From an uncultured Planctomycetia bacterium (GTDB taxonomy: Bacteria > Omnitrophota > Gorgyraeia > Tantalellales > Tantalellaceae), in contig CAYVIW010000004.1 of assembly GCA_964451815.1 (NCBI GenBank), forward strand, positions 1 to 61,160: 61,160 bases of DNA. Reading direction: 5' to 3'. Below the pieces are notes generated by a model. It searched no databases and was not told the origin of the DNA. It worked only from the letters and a program-made list of their open reading frames with translations. Of the stretch, positions 43,880 through 54,143 are shown piece by piece. Every line of letters begins with the position of its first letter. Position 1 is the stretch's first letter. The position numbers were made by a program, and so were the translations under genes.

Positions 43880-45760
43880 ATGAGAAAAATACTTATTATT
43901 ACAGCGGCACTTACTCTTATAGCCTCCGCGGCTTTTGCCCGCAATAAGCTTGAGGCTTCTATAGAGATGGAAAGGGTGTATATCGGTAACCCCGTGTATC
44001 TTTATCTCACGTTCACGGGCTCTTCGAGTGTGCCGCAGCCTGATGTTCCCGAACCCGACGGGCTTAGGATAAAGTCTGTGGGGTCGTCCACGGAGATGTC
44101 GGTCGTAAGGGGAGTTGTTTCGCAGTCCATAACCTATACATATCTCGTCATACCCGCGAAAGAGGGGAGTTACGATATAGGGCCTTTTTCCGTGATGCAT
44201 GACGGTACGGCATATCACGCGGATACGGTAAGATTAACCGTGGACCAGACGCCGCCCCCCGGGGCTGTAAGCGGTACGGCCGCTCCACGTCCTGCGCCGG
44301 CGACGGCAAGGCCCGCTACCGCTCCGTCCTCCGCGCCTCCTTCTACTTTCGCGCCGTCAGCCCGCGCCGAAAGCGCTGTGTATGAGGGAAGGGACATATT
44401 TCTTGTGATGGAGGCGGCGAAACGCACCTTGTATGTTAACGAGGCCTTGCCTGTTACAATAAAACTGTATGTGGAAGGGGTGGGGCTTAAGGACATTGAA
44501 TACCCCGTGTACTCTCACGAAGGTTTTTCCGCGGGTGAATTCCTTAAGCCGGAAAGAAAGAGGGGAAGTTACAGGGGGTCCATATACGATACCCTGGAAT
44601 TCCGCCAGCAGCTTTTTGCCATAAAAGAAGGAGAACATGTTCTGGGCCCTGCCAGGTTGAACTGCAAAATGGTATCCCGTAAAAGAACACCTTCGAGGAG
44701 GTCGTCCATATTCGGCGTGAGCGTTTTTATGGACGATCCTTTCACGACCGGGTTCGAGACATATCCTATAGTGCTTGAGTCGGAAGGTATACCAGTGACG
44801 GTACTGCCGTTTCCCGATAAAGGAAGGCCGTCGGATTTTAAAGGGGCGGTGGGAGATTTTTCTTTTGAGGCGGAAGTAAGACCAGCCGATGTAAAGGTAG
44901 GCGATCCTGTAACGCTTGTAATGACAGTAGGGGGATACGGCAATATGGACACCGTTACGGCCCCCGCGCTGGATGATTCTGACGAGTTCAAGGTCTATGA
45001 ACCGGAGGCCAGCAAAAAAGGCAACAAGAAGATCTATGAACAGATTTTAATACCCAGGAACGAGGAAGTGAAAGAGGTCCCACAGGTGAGGTTCAGCTAC
45101 TTTGATCCGGGAAAGCAGAGATATGAGACGGTGACACAGGGGCCGTTCCCGATCAAAGTCGCCAAGTCGCCTCAAGACCAGGCCGTAAGGATGGTAGCAA
45201 TGCCGATGGGCGAGCATGTTTTTGTTCCTGAAGAAGAACTTGGCCGGGACGTACTTCATATAAAGGATTCCATTGGGAAAATGGGGTCGAAAGACCGTAT
45301 GATCGCGCTCGATATCCGTTTCTGGGCTTTACAGCTTCTGCCGCCCGTGGTCTTTCTTATGTTCTATATGTCTTACCGGAAGAGGGAAAGGATAAAGACC
45401 GACAAGGGATACGCGAGATCACTGAAAGCCCCCAGAAAGGCAAGATCAGGTCTTTCCCGGGCCAGGGCTTTTCTGGACAAAAATGATACGGCCAGGTTCT
45501 ATGATACTGTGCACAAAACCCTGGAGGAATATCTGGGCAACAGGTTCAACCTTCCAAGAGGAAGCGTTACGGTCAATGACATAGATCTTAGGCTGCGGCA
45601 AGCGGGATGTGAGGAGCATATCCTTAAAAAGCTGCGTGACGTTTTCGCGAAATGCGAGATGGCCAGATATGCTTCCTCCGTATCGGAAGACATATCCCAT
45701 TCGCTGGTGCTCCACGACGTAAGGACTATCATAGATCACGTGGAGAAAATGCGATTGTAA
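43880..45760 (+). CDS. batD: BatD-like (oxygen tolerance) protein
   Basis: Signal peptide, a Pro/Ala-rich linker, a late TM segment (FWALQLLPPVVFLMFYM), and the position after batB/C. Confidence 0.7.
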   Translation: MRKILIITAALTLIASAAFARNKLEASIEMERVYIGNPVYLYLTFTGSSSVPQPDVPEPDGLRIKSVGSSTEMSVVRGVVSQSITYTYLVIPAKEGSYDIGPFSVMHDGTAYHADTVRLTVDQTPPPGAVSGTAAPRPAPATARPATAPSSAPPSTFAPSARAESAVYEGRDIFLVMEAAKRTLYVNEALPVTIKLYVEGVGLKDIEYPVYSHEGFSAGEFLKPERKRGSYRGSIYDTLEFRQQLFAIKEGEHVLGPARLNCKMVSRKRTPSRRSSIFGVSVFMDDPFTTGFETYPIVLESEGIPVTVLPFPDKGRPSDFKGAVGDFSFEAEVRPADVKVGDPVTLVMTVGGYGNMDTVTAPALDDSDEFKVYEPEASKKGNKKIYEQILIPRNEEVKEVPQVRFSYFDPGKQRYETVTQGPFPIKVAKSPQDQAVRMVAMPMGEHVFVPEEELGRDVLHIKDSIGKMGSKDRMIALDIRFWALQLLPPVVFLMFYMSYRKRERIKTDKGYARSLKAPRKARSGLSRARAFLDKNDTARFYDTVHKTLEEYLGNRFNLPRGSVTVNDIDLRLRQAGCEEHILKKLRDVFAKCEMARYASSVSEDISHSLVLHDVRTIIDHVEKMRL

Positions 45761-45867
45761 AGGCATTGCCAGAGAGACGGTCTTATTAGTGTTCGAGGAT
45801 GAGGGCGTTCTTTGGCTTCTTTAAAGTAAGTGCCTTTGACGATTACGCAATTCGAGGGAGAATATAG

Positions 45868-46638
45868 ATGAGAATTTTAAAAATAACCTTGTTCGCTGTA
45901 GCAGTCGCATTTTACGCCGGCGGAGCGGTGTTATGCTATGCCGAAGGATCCGCCGGCGCGGAGCAGCTTTTCGCCAGAGGGAACCTTTATTACGAAGAAG
46001 GGCGTTACGGTGAGGCCATAGAGGAATACTCCTCCATATTAAGGTCGGGTAAGGCCAGCGCGGCGGTATATTATAATCTGGCGGGAGCCTACTTTAAGGC
46101 GGGAGAACTTGGCAGGTCGATACTTAATTATGAGAGGGCGCTCAGCATGGACCCCCGTGACGCTGACATAAGGGCTAATTACCGTTTTGTCCGGTCGCTC
46201 ATAACCGGCCGGACCGTTCAGGACAGGGGCTTTTGGGCATGGGCGCCTGTAAGGAAGTACGCGCGCTTGTTCACTGTTAACGAGATGGCGGTCATCACTT
46301 CTTTCGCGTTCTTTCTTGTATTCGTTGTTCTAGCCGCGGCCGTCATATTGCCGCGGGGCAGAAAATATCCTTTTGCGCTGGCCGCACTACTGCTTATGTT
46401 CATAGTTTTTAGTTCCGCCGTCACTTGGCACAAAATAAGGTTGATCAAGTCCTGCGCGGTTGTCGTGGCCCCTCAGGCGGATGCCCTTTTCAGTCCGTTC
46501 GATACTGCCACAAAATTTTTCACTCTTCACGAAGGTACCGGGGTAATGGTACTTGGTGAAAGGAACGGCTGGTACAGGGTAAGGCGTTCCGACGGTCAAA
46601 AAGGCTGGGTCAGAAAGCAGGATGTGGAGAGGATGTAG
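45868..46638 (+). CDS. batE: BatE-like TPR plus SH3b-domain membrane protein
   Basis: TPR repeats (GNLYYEEGRYGEAIEEY, YYNLAGAYFKAG), two TM segments and a C-terminal SH3b-like GWYRVRRSDGQKGWVRKQDV. Confidence 0.7.
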   Translation: MRILKITLFAVAVAFYAGGAVLCYAEGSAGAEQLFARGNLYYEEGRYGEAIEEYSSILRSGKASAAVYYNLAGAYFKAGELGRSILNYERALSMDPRDADIRANYRFVRSLITGRTVQDRGFWAWAPVRKYARLFTVNEMAVITSFAFFLVFVVLAAAVILPRGRKYPFALAALLLMFIVFSSAVTWHKIRLIKSCAVVVAPQADALFSPFDTATKFFTLHEGTGVMVLGERNGWYRVRRSDGQKGWVRKQDVERM

Positions 46639-46744
46639 AGCGCAGGAGCAAAGGGGTAAGAGGGAAGAGCAGAATACAACGCAATACGCACGACGCACAC
46701 AGACAGTTCCACTTAACCGACGCACGACTAAGGAGCGGACATAG

Positions 46745-49700
46745 ATGGGGAAAAGTTTGAGGGAAAAGTTGCAGACGGATACGCTCGTTCTTGACGGAGC
46801 GTTCGGCACTTACATACAATCTATAGGTCTTGATAACTCTCATTTCGGGGAACATCCCGGGTGTATGGAATATCTTTCTGTCGTCTCGCCGGACCTCATA
46901 TCAAAAGTGCATGCCGATTATCTTGAAGCCGGTTCCGACGCGGTTGAGACCAATACGTTCGGGGGCAACTTTCTGAAACTTTCAGAATACGGCCTCGCGG
47001 AAAAGGTGTACGAGATAAACCTGGCTTCAACTCTACTCGCCAGAAAAGAAGCCGACAGGTTCTCCACGCCCGATGATCCCAGGTATGTTATAGGTACAAT
47101 GGGCCCGACGGGAAAGCTTCCGTCTTCAGGGGACCCCTCGATGGGAGACATAACTTACGGAGAGTTGAAGGATATTTTTTTTAGACAGGCCGCGGCCATT
47201 ATAGACGGGGGAGCGGACGCCATACTGGTAGAGACCGGCCAGGATCTTCTAGAGATGAAAGCCGCGGTGAACGGCGCCAGAAAAGCGGCATCCGAAAAGA
47301 ATAAAGACGTTGTGTTGATGGCCCAATGTACCCTGGCCAACAACGGCCGGATGCTCCTGGGCACGGAGGTATCGGCGTTCATGGCTGTCATGGGAAATCT
47401 CGGCCTCGACGTCATAGGTCTTAACTGCAGTACCGGTCCCGCCGAGATGGAGCCGGCTATAAAATTCCTGAGTGAAAACGCGCACTGTTCTATATCATGC
47501 GTGCCCAACGCGGGGCTTCCCGTGGACGAGGACGGCAGAACGGTCTATCCTCTTTCCCCCGAAGAGATGGCCTCGATAGTATCGTCTTTTGCCTTGAAAT
47601 ACCGCGTCGATGTAATAGGCGGATGTTGCGGGACCACCCCCCGGCATATAACCGAGATCAAAAAGGCGCTAAGCCCGCATGAAAAACGCGGCCTCAAGCG
47701 GAAAAGTTATGCCGCAAGTTCCTATCGCGCGTTCGATATCGGCGGTATTACCAGGCCCATAAAGGTCGGAGAGCGCATGAACACCCAGGGGTCAAGAAAA
47801 ATGAAAGACCTTCTGACCGCGGGGGACTACGACAGTATCGTGGAGCTCGGCAAACTTCAGGAGAAACAGGGAGCACTTGTTCTTGACCTGTGCACGGTCC
47901 TTACCGAGCGCTCTACCGAAAAGAAGGATACGGCGGAACTTACCCGCCGGGTAGCCGAAAGCGTTGAGGTCCCCTTGATGATAGATTCTACGGATGAAGA
48001 CGTGATCGCCGGAGCTCTCGAAAGCTATCCCGGCACGGCGTTCATAAATTCTGCCAATCTGGAAGACGGCGGTGAGAAAGCTGGCAGGATATTCGACCTG
48101 GCATTTGAGCACGGGGCTTTAGTGGTATGTCTTGTGATAGACGAGAATGGTATGGCCAGGACGGCTGAGAAGAAACTGGAAGTGGCCGCCCGCCTTTACA
48201 GCCTGGCGGTCGATGATCGCGGCATAGAACCATCAAGGCTTATTTTTGATATGCTTACCTTTACACTTGGTACCGGAGAAAAAGAGTACGCCACCTCGGC
48301 TTTGGATACACTTGAAGCGATAAAGGCCTTCAAAAAGCAGTACCCCGGCGCATTAACGGTGCTTGGAGTGAGTAACGTCTCTTTCGGACTGAAAAGGTCT
48401 TCCCGCAAAGTCCTTAATTCGGTCTTTCTTGAGAACGCCGTAAAGGCCGGTCTGGACATGGCGATAGTGAATCCCGCCGAGTATCAGGAAGATGTCACCA
48501 TATCGGATAAAGAGAAGACCCTCGCGGAAGACCTGATATTCAATGTCTCGCCCGGCGCTCTGGACGCTTTCGTGGAATATTTCACGAACGCGTCCCCCGA
48601 GAGCATGAAACCCGCCTCGTCAGGGGCCGAAAGCCGGCTTTCGATAGAGGAAAAACTTACCAGGTGCGTTCTTGAAAGGGACAAGACGAACATAGTGCCT
48701 CTAATAGACGAGGCCCGCGAGAAGTATCCGCCCGAAGTTATAATAAATGAAATACTCATGGAGACCATGAGAGATGTGGGAGATAAGCTCGACTCGGGAG
48801 AAATAGTCCTGCCTTATGTCCTGCAATCGGCAGAGGTGATGAAAAAGGCCATAGAATATCTTGAGAGTTTTCTGCCCAAGAATGCCGTATCCAAAAGAGG
48901 AAAGGTCATACTGGCCACCGTGGCCGGAGACGTCCATGATATCGGAAAGAACCTTGTAAAGATGATACTGAAGAACAACGGCTTTTCCGTGATAGATCTG
49001 GGTAAACAGGTTCCGGTAGAAACGATAATCGAGGAGGCGGAAAAGAACAAGGTCGATGCCGTGGGCTTGAGCGCCCTGTTGGTATCGACCTCGCGCCATA
49101 TGAAGACCTGCGTGCAGCACATGCACGAGGCGGGACTGGATTACCCCGTTATTCTGGGAGGGGCCCCTGTTAATGAAAGGTTCACCAGGTCCATATCTTT
49201 GATGGCCGACAATAGTTTTTACAAAGGCGGTGTGTTCTACGCCAGGGACGCTTTCACGGGGCTGAAGATAATGCAGGCTCTGGTGAATAAGGCCGGAAAG
49301 GAAAAAGCATTGAAAGAATATGCTGATGCCTGCGCGAGGCCGGAAGATATCTCAGTCCGCGCGGCCTTCACACCTGACCCCACGTCAAAAAAGGACAAGG
49401 CTTTTGAGGTGAAACTTCCGGAGGTGCCGTTCAAAGGTCCTCGGACAATAACCAATATACCCGTGGACGAGGTCTTTAAGCATCTGGATAAAAGGATGCT
49501 TTTTGATCTCTCCTGGGGCTCCGGTAAAGTGAGCGGCTCGGAGAGAACAGGTCTGATCGAAAAAGAGTATGGACCCAAACTTTTGGAGCTCAAGGAAGAG
49601 TCTATAAGAAAAGGGTGGCTGGACCTCAAGGCGGTTTATGGATATTTTGACTGCCTGGTAAAGGACGGACGCCGGATGGAAATACTAGGTCCAGACGGAG

Positions 49701-50137
49701 AAAGAGTTGAGGTGCTGGATCTTACGCCCGCGCCTGACGGTATGAGTATTGCTGACAATTTCGCTCCCGGAGGAGATATAGTGGCGTTCCAGGCCGTGAC
49801 CATCGGAGGCGGTATAACGGAAGCGGTAGAGGAGCTGGGAGGCAGGGGAGAGGCGTCAAAGGCTTTTTATCTTCACGGCATCGGTGTTAACCTGGCCGAG
49901 GCTCTTGCCGCGTATGTCCACGACAGGATAAGGGCCGAACTGGGCCTTGGCAAGGGCGAGGGCAGAAGGTACAGCCCGGGGTACCCGCTCTGGGAAGACC
50001 TTGAGGATCAGAGAAAGATATTCGCCCTGCTCGATGTAGAGAAGCGCATTGGTGTGCGCCTCACCGAGGATTGCCAGATGGTCCCTGAGCAGAGCACCAC
50101 TGCCATGGTCGTTCGCAGGAACAGCTTCAACAAATAA
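46745..50137 (+). CDS. metH: Cobalamin-dependent methionine synthase (all four modules)
   Basis: Hcy-binding module (GGCCGTTP), pterin-binding module, B12 motif GDVHDIGKN, and an AdoMet activation domain ([12 protein letters not shown]). Confidence 0.9.
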   Translation: MGKSLREKLQTDTLVLDGAFGTYIQSIGLDNSHFGEHPGCMEYLSVVSPDLISKVHADYLEAGSDAVETNTFGGNFLKLSEYGLAEKVYEINLASTLLARKEADRFSTPDDPRYVIGTMGPTGKLPSSGDPSMGDITYGELKDIFFRQAAAIIDGGADAILVETGQDLLEMKAAVNGARKAASEKNKDVVLMAQCTLANNGRMLLGTEVSAFMAVMGNLGLDVIGLNCSTGPAEMEPAIKFLSENAHCSISCVPNAGLPVDEDGRTVYPLSPEEMASIVSSFALKYRVDVIGGCCGTTPRHITEIKKALSPHEKRGLKRKSYAASSYRAFDIGGITRPIKVGERMNTQGSRKMKDLLTAGDYDSIVELGKLQEKQGALVLDLCTVLTERSTEKKDTAELTRRVAESVEVPLMIDSTDEDVIAGALESYPGTAFINSANLEDGGEKAGRIFDLAFEHGALVVCLVIDENGMARTAEKKLEVAARLYSLAVDDRGIEPSRLIFDMLTFTLGTGEKEYATSALDTLEAIKAFKKQYPGALTVLGVSNVSFGLKRSSRKVLNSVFLENAVKAGLDMAIVNPAEYQEDVTISDKEKTLAEDLIFNVSPGALDAFVEYFTNASPESMKPASSGAESRLSIEEKLTRCVLERDKTNIVPLIDEAREKYPPEVIINEILMETMRDVGDKLDSGEIVLPYVLQSAEVMKKAIEYLESFLPKNAVSKRGKVILATVAGDVHDIGKNLVKMILKNNGFSVIDLGKQVPVETIIEEAEKNKVDAVGLSALLVSTSRHMKTCVQHMHEAGLDYPVILGGAPVNERFTRSISLMADNSFYKGGVFYARDAFTGLKIMQALVNKAGKEKALKEYADACARPEDISVRAAFTPDPTSKKDKAFEVKLPEVPFKGPRTITNIPVDEVFKHLDKRMLFDLSWGSGKVSGSERTGLIEKEYGPKLLELKEESIRKGWLDLKAVYGYFDCLVKDGRRMEILGPDGERVEVLDLTPAPDGMSIADNFAPGGDIVAFQAVTIGGGITEAVEELGGRGEASKAFYLHGIGVNLAEALAAYVHDRIRAELGLGKGEGRRYSPGYPLWEDLEDQRKIFALLDVEKRIGVRLTEDCQMVPEQSTTAMVVRRNSFNK

Positions 50138-50147
50138 TGGAGTGGGT

Positions 50148-50354
50148 ATGGAGTGTAAAAAACAATCTAATATGGAGTTTTGCAACTGTTCTTATGAACC
50201 TTGTTCGCGCAAGGGTCTGTGCTGTGAATGCCTGCAGTATCATTTAAAGTCAAGCCAGATGCCGGCGTGTTTTTTTCCGAATGACGTGGAGAATCGATAT
50301 GACAGGAGCATAGCTAATTTTGTCAAGGTCTGGCAGGAGCGCAGACATTTATGA
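50148..50354 (+). CDS. Small Cys-rich protein (68 aa; resembles the DUF6485-type family from memory)
   Basis: Sequence [32 protein letters not shown]...PACFF. ATG 50148 lies 8 nt after the metH stop. Confidence 0.55.
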   Translation: MECKKQSNMEFCNCSYEPCSRKGLCCECLQYHLKSSQMPACFFPNDVENRYDRSIANFVKVWQERRHL

Positions 50355-50386
50355 GGACATACACGATATTTTCACTTTGACCCGCC

Positions 50387-52201
50387 ATGGTCCATAAACA
50401 CACCGTTATTATAGTAGGAGGAGGTCACGCCGGATGCGAAGCGGCGCTTGCGTGCGCGCGCATGGGCGTAAAAACCCTCCTCATAACCATGAAAAAAGAC
50501 GCTATCGGCTACACCTCATGCAATCCTTCTATAGGAGGTATAGGAAAAGGCCAGCTGGTAAAGGAAGTGGATGCCCTGGGGGGAGAGATGGCCAAAGCGG
50601 CCGACGCGAGCTGTATCCAGTATCGCATGCTCAATTCTTCCAAGGGCTACGCGGCCCGCTCGTCGAGGATGCAGATCGACAGGAAGCTCTACAACTCTTA
50701 CATGATTAATGCTCTTTCGTCACAGAAAGGCCTGGACATCGCCGAGCGCGAGGTGACCGGCATCATTTCAGATGGCGGCGTTTGCCGCGGCGTCCGGACG
50801 TCCACGGGAGAAGAATATCTTTCGGGATGTGTAGTTGTGACGGCAGGGACCTTCCTGAACGGTATCATACATATAGGGTTAGACCACTTTCCCGGAGGGA
50901 GGATGGGCGAGGCGGCCTCGACGGGACTTTCAGAGAACCTTTCAGATATGGGGTTCAGGGTCGGTTCCCTTAAAACAGGCACACCTGCGCGGCTTGACGG
51001 CGGCACCATAGACTTTTCAGGCCTCGAAGAACAGCCCGGGGACGATCTTGTTCTCCCTTTTTCTTTTTCCTCAGAAAAGATAACGCTTCCCGCGAGATCT
51101 TGCTATCTTACCAGGACCAACAGCCGGACTCACGGGATAATACGTTCCGCTCTGGACCGATCACCTCTTTATTCCGGAAAGATAAGATCTACCGGAGTGC
51201 GTTATTGCCCGTCCATAGAAGATAAAGTCGTCCGTTTTCCCGAAAGGGACTCGCATTTAGTGTTTCTGGAACCCGAAGGACTTGAGAGCGGGGAATACTA
51301 TCCTAACGGCGTCTCCACCAGCCTGCCGCGGGATGTGCAGGAGGAGATGTACCGGAGCATAAAAGGTCTGGAAAACGTGGAGATGACCACCCCCGCCTAC
51401 GGCATAGAATATGATTATGTGGACCCCACACAGCTTTCGCATACTCTTGAGACCAGGCTCATTCCGGGGCTTTTTCTGGCAGGGCAGATAAACGGTACCA
51501 CCGGTTATGAAGAAGCCGCCGCTCTGGGCCTTATGGCGGGTATAAACGCCGCGAGAAAGGTCAGGGGAGAACTTCCTGTGGTACTGGAAAGGTCTCGGGC
51601 CTATATAGGAGTTCTTATAGATGACCTTGTAACAAAGGGAACCAGCGAACCTTACAGGATGTTCACCTCGCGCGTGGAATACAGAATGCTGATACGTGAA
51701 GATAACGCCGAGGAGAGGCTTTGCGCCGCCGGAATAGAGCTTGGCCTTGCGGATAAAAGTTCAAGGGACAGAGTAGATATCAGAAAAAAAAGAGTCGAGA
51801 GGGCTAAGCGGGCGATGTCGCTTATTAAGGTATCACCGGGCGTGAGTCTTCTGGAGTTCCTTAAAAGGCCGGAAATATCCTATGACGACGCGGTCCGGAC
51901 CTATGGTACATTGGAAAAGCTTTCATATTATGAAAAAGCCAATCTGGAGGTGGAGGTCAAGTATGCCGGGTATATTGAAAGGGAGCTTTCCAGGGTTAAG
52001 CGTTTCAGGGACCTTGAGAAGATACGCGTGCCGGATGGTCTGGATTATGATGCTATCCCGGGGCTTTCGTCAGAGGCGCGCCAGAAACTTTCTTCGGTAA
52101 GACCCGTGTCGCTGGCTCAGGCGTCCCGGATATCCGGTATAACGCCCGCCGCGATCTCTATTCTCATGGTCCGCCTCGAACACATCAGAAGGTCCAAGTG
52201 A
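50387..52201 (+). CDS. mnmG: tRNA uridine-5-carboxymethylaminomethyl modification enzyme MnmG/GidA
   Basis: [13 protein letters not shown] motif, full-length 604 aa, and C-terminal [10 protein letters not shown]. Confidence 0.95.
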   Translation: MVHKHTVIIVGGGHAGCEAALACARMGVKTLLITMKKDAIGYTSCNPSIGGIGKGQLVKEVDALGGEMAKAADASCIQYRMLNSSKGYAARSSRMQIDRKLYNSYMINALSSQKGLDIAEREVTGIISDGGVCRGVRTSTGEEYLSGCVVVTAGTFLNGIIHIGLDHFPGGRMGEAASTGLSENLSDMGFRVGSLKTGTPARLDGGTIDFSGLEEQPGDDLVLPFSFSSEKITLPARSCYLTRTNSRTHGIIRSALDRSPLYSGKIRSTGVRYCPSIEDKVVRFPERDSHLVFLEPEGLESGEYYPNGVSTSLPRDVQEEMYRSIKGLENVEMTTPAYGIEYDYVDPTQLSHTLETRLIPGLFLAGQINGTTGYEEAAALGLMAGINAARKVRGELPVVLERSRAYIGVLIDDLVTKGTSEPYRMFTSRVEYRMLIREDNAEERLCAAGIELGLADKSSRDRVDIRKKRVERAKRAMSLIKVSPGVSLLEFLKRPEISYDDAVRTYGTLEKLSYYEKANLEVEVKYAGYIERELSRVKRFRDLEKIRVPDGLDYDAIPGLSSEARQKLSSVRPVSLAQASRISGITPAAISILMVRLEHIRRSK

Positions 52202-52204
52202 AAA

Positions 52205-53110
52205 ATGTTTTATTATTCGTTCAGCAGATATCTTAAAGAGAAGTTCGGCTCAAAGGTCAGAAGGGTCAGCGTGAACGCCGCTTTTCCCTGTCCGCACAGG
52301 GACCGGCTTACGGGCCGGGGAGGATGCGTTTATTGTAACGAGGACGGTTTCAGCGAGTTTTCCCGTACGGACCTCACGGTAAAAGAGCAGCTTTCCCGCG
52401 GCATAGCCCGCCTTTCAGCCTCCGGTATCGACAGGTATATAGCCTATTTCCAGAACGGCACGGCGACAAACGCTTCTTTGCCGGAGCTGGCGGCGGCGTA
52501 TGACCAGATAAAAGCTTTTCCCGGTATAGTTGCTCTTAGCATATCAACACGGCCTGACTGTGTTGACCCCGAAAAACTAGACCTCATAGCGGGTTATCGG
52601 GACACATATGACGTCTGGATAGAATACGGCATGCAGAGCATGCACGATGAGACCCTCAGGCAGATAGGAAGAGGGCATACTTTCGCCTGCACCAGAGATG
52701 CCATAGAAAAGACAGCCGCGCGCGGCATAAAGTCCGCCGTCCATGTTATTCTGGGCCTTCCCGCCGAATCCAGAAAAGAGATTATCGCGACAGCCCGTCA
52801 AATAGCGGCCATGCCCATATGGGGGATCAAACTGCACCTTTTGCACGTTTTGAAGAACACCCCACTGGAAGACCTTTACCGGGCATCAAAGATAGGCCTT
52901 TTAAGCCCGCGAGAATATTCGTCCCTGGTCTGCGACTTTCTCGAGAACCTCAGGGATGACCAGGTCATATTGCGTCTTTCGCCTGACGCTTACCCGGGAA
53001 GTCTCGTCGCGCCCCTTTGGATAAACGATAAGAGTGGGGTCATAAGGCGCATTGACGCGGAATTCTCTCGAAGAGGCACAAGCCAGGGCGCGGCGATCCC
53101 GGGCCGATAA
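52205..53110 (+). CDS. TIGR01212-type radical SAM protein (YhcC/YtqA-like)
   Basis: The extended cluster motif CPHRDRLTGRGGCVYC is characteristic of this family. Confidence 0.75.
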   Translation: MFYYSFSRYLKEKFGSKVRRVSVNAAFPCPHRDRLTGRGGCVYCNEDGFSEFSRTDLTVKEQLSRGIARLSASGIDRYIAYFQNGTATNASLPELAAAYDQIKAFPGIVALSISTRPDCVDPEKLDLIAGYRDTYDVWIEYGMQSMHDETLRQIGRGHTFACTRDAIEKTAARGIKSAVHVILGLPAESRKEIIATARQIAAMPIWGIKLHLLHVLKNTPLEDLYRASKIGLLSPREYSSLVCDFLENLRDDQVILRLSPDAYPGSLVAPLWINDKSGVIRRIDAEFSRRGTSQGAAIPGR

Positions 53111-53270
53111 AAAACGTTCGGTTACCTGTTCTCCGAAGGGCGCCAGCATTTTGACAGTGCAAGGTCTTGTGATGATTTTTTCTTTTTTGTTAAGGGATGC
53201 ATATGATATACTTATAATACACAGCGGCATAGAAAGGATAATTCCAAATATCAGACAGGGAGGTATAATT

Positions 53271-53660
53271 ATGTTGGGCAGGATATTTATCGGTGTTATG
53301 ATCTTGTCTTTACTTTTCGCTTTTCCCATTGAAGAGGCGATGGCCCGGTCCAGTTCTTCCGACCTTTTGAAGCAGGGTCTTCTGGGAGCCGGGTCGGGAG
53401 CGGTGGGTGGAGCGGCCTCGGGGGCCAAGGGCAGTGATGTCTGGAAAGGCGCGCTGGCGGGAGCCGGGGTTAACATTATAGGAGGAGCTTTACTTGATTC
53501 AATGAGCGGTGAAAATGTCGAAAGCGTTCAGGCAGTCGACCAGACCTCTCCCAGGGACGCTTATTCCAGCGGGTACCAGGACGGTTATCAGAACGGTTAC
53601 AAGGCGGGATACACCGAGGGGTACAAGGATGGCCTTAGAGAAGGTATGACAGGAAGGTAA
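53271..53660 (+). CDS. Secreted glycine-zipper protein, paralog 1
   Basis: Signal peptide, GLLGAGSGAVGGAASGAKG...GALAGAGVNIIGGALL, and a GY-repeat tail (SGYQDGYQNGYKAGYTEGYKDG). GGGAGG SD before ATG 53271. Confidence 0.7.
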   Translation: MLGRIFIGVMILSLLFAFPIEEAMARSSSSDLLKQGLLGAGSGAVGGAASGAKGSDVWKGALAGAGVNIIGGALLDSMSGENVESVQAVDQTSPRDAYSSGYQDGYQNGYKAGYTEGYKDGLREGMTGR

Positions 53661-53673
53661 AAGCAGGAGAAAA

Positions 53674-54063
53674 ATGAAAATGAGATCACTTATTATTATA
53701 ACGATCTTAGTCGTGGCGGTGTTCTTTTGTCAGGCGGCCTCTTTCGCGGACAGCAATTCTTCAGATATACTCAAACAGGGTCTTCTGGGAGCCGGGTCCG
53801 GAGCGGTAGGCGGAGCGGCTTCAGGAGCCAGAGGTGGGGACATCTGGAAAGGCGCGCTGGCCGGAGCGGGTGTCAACATAGTAGGCGGGGCTCTGCTTGA
53901 CTCGATCAGCGGCAAGAAAGTTGCCGAGACAAAAAAAGTGGATAATATGAGCGCGCAGAACGCTTATTCGGACGGTTACCAGTCCGGTTATGGTAACGGG
54001 TACAAAGGCGGGTATACCGAAGGGTACAGAGAAGGAATACTTGAAGCCCAACGCGGCAACTAG
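53674..54063 (+). CDS. Secreted glycine-zipper protein, paralog 2
   Basis: Same 129-aa architecture, with a near-identical central 50 aa to paralog 1. Confidence 0.7.
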   Translation: MKMRSLIIITILVVAVFFCQAASFADSNSSDILKQGLLGAGSGAVGGAASGARGGDIWKGALAGAGVNIVGGALLDSISGKKVAETKKVDNMSAQNAYSDGYQSGYGNGYKGGYTEGYREGILEAQRGN

Positions 54064-54084
54064 AGATAGCGGACTTTTCAATAA

Positions 54085-54127
54085 GGGGGGAACCCTGTCT
54101 TTAGGGACCGGGCTCCCCCGAATTTTT
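54085..54127 (+). terminator. Intrinsic terminator after the glycine-zipper pair
   Basis: ggggga (54086-54091) pairs with tccccc (54114-54119), followed by a T5 run at 54123-54127. Confidence 0.55.
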
Positions 54128-54143
54128 CTATGAAGGATCCCGA

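Noticed and set aside
43148-44218. 356-aa minus-strand ORF, the longest antisense ORF in the window
   Set aside because: It is a poly-Leu/Phe mirror image of the Gln/Glu codon repeat and of the 5' end of batD. It has no SD and no plausible domains, and both sense-strand genes are well supported.
46639-46744. Searched the metH leader for a cobalamin, SAM or SAH riboswitch; noticed repeated cgcacgac/cgacgcac units (46687-46698, 46718-46728)
   Set aside because: No conserved riboswitch core (B12 box, SAM-I/II, SAH) is recognisable. The ~100-nt leader is too short for a cobalamin aptamer, and the short repeats are microsatellite-like.
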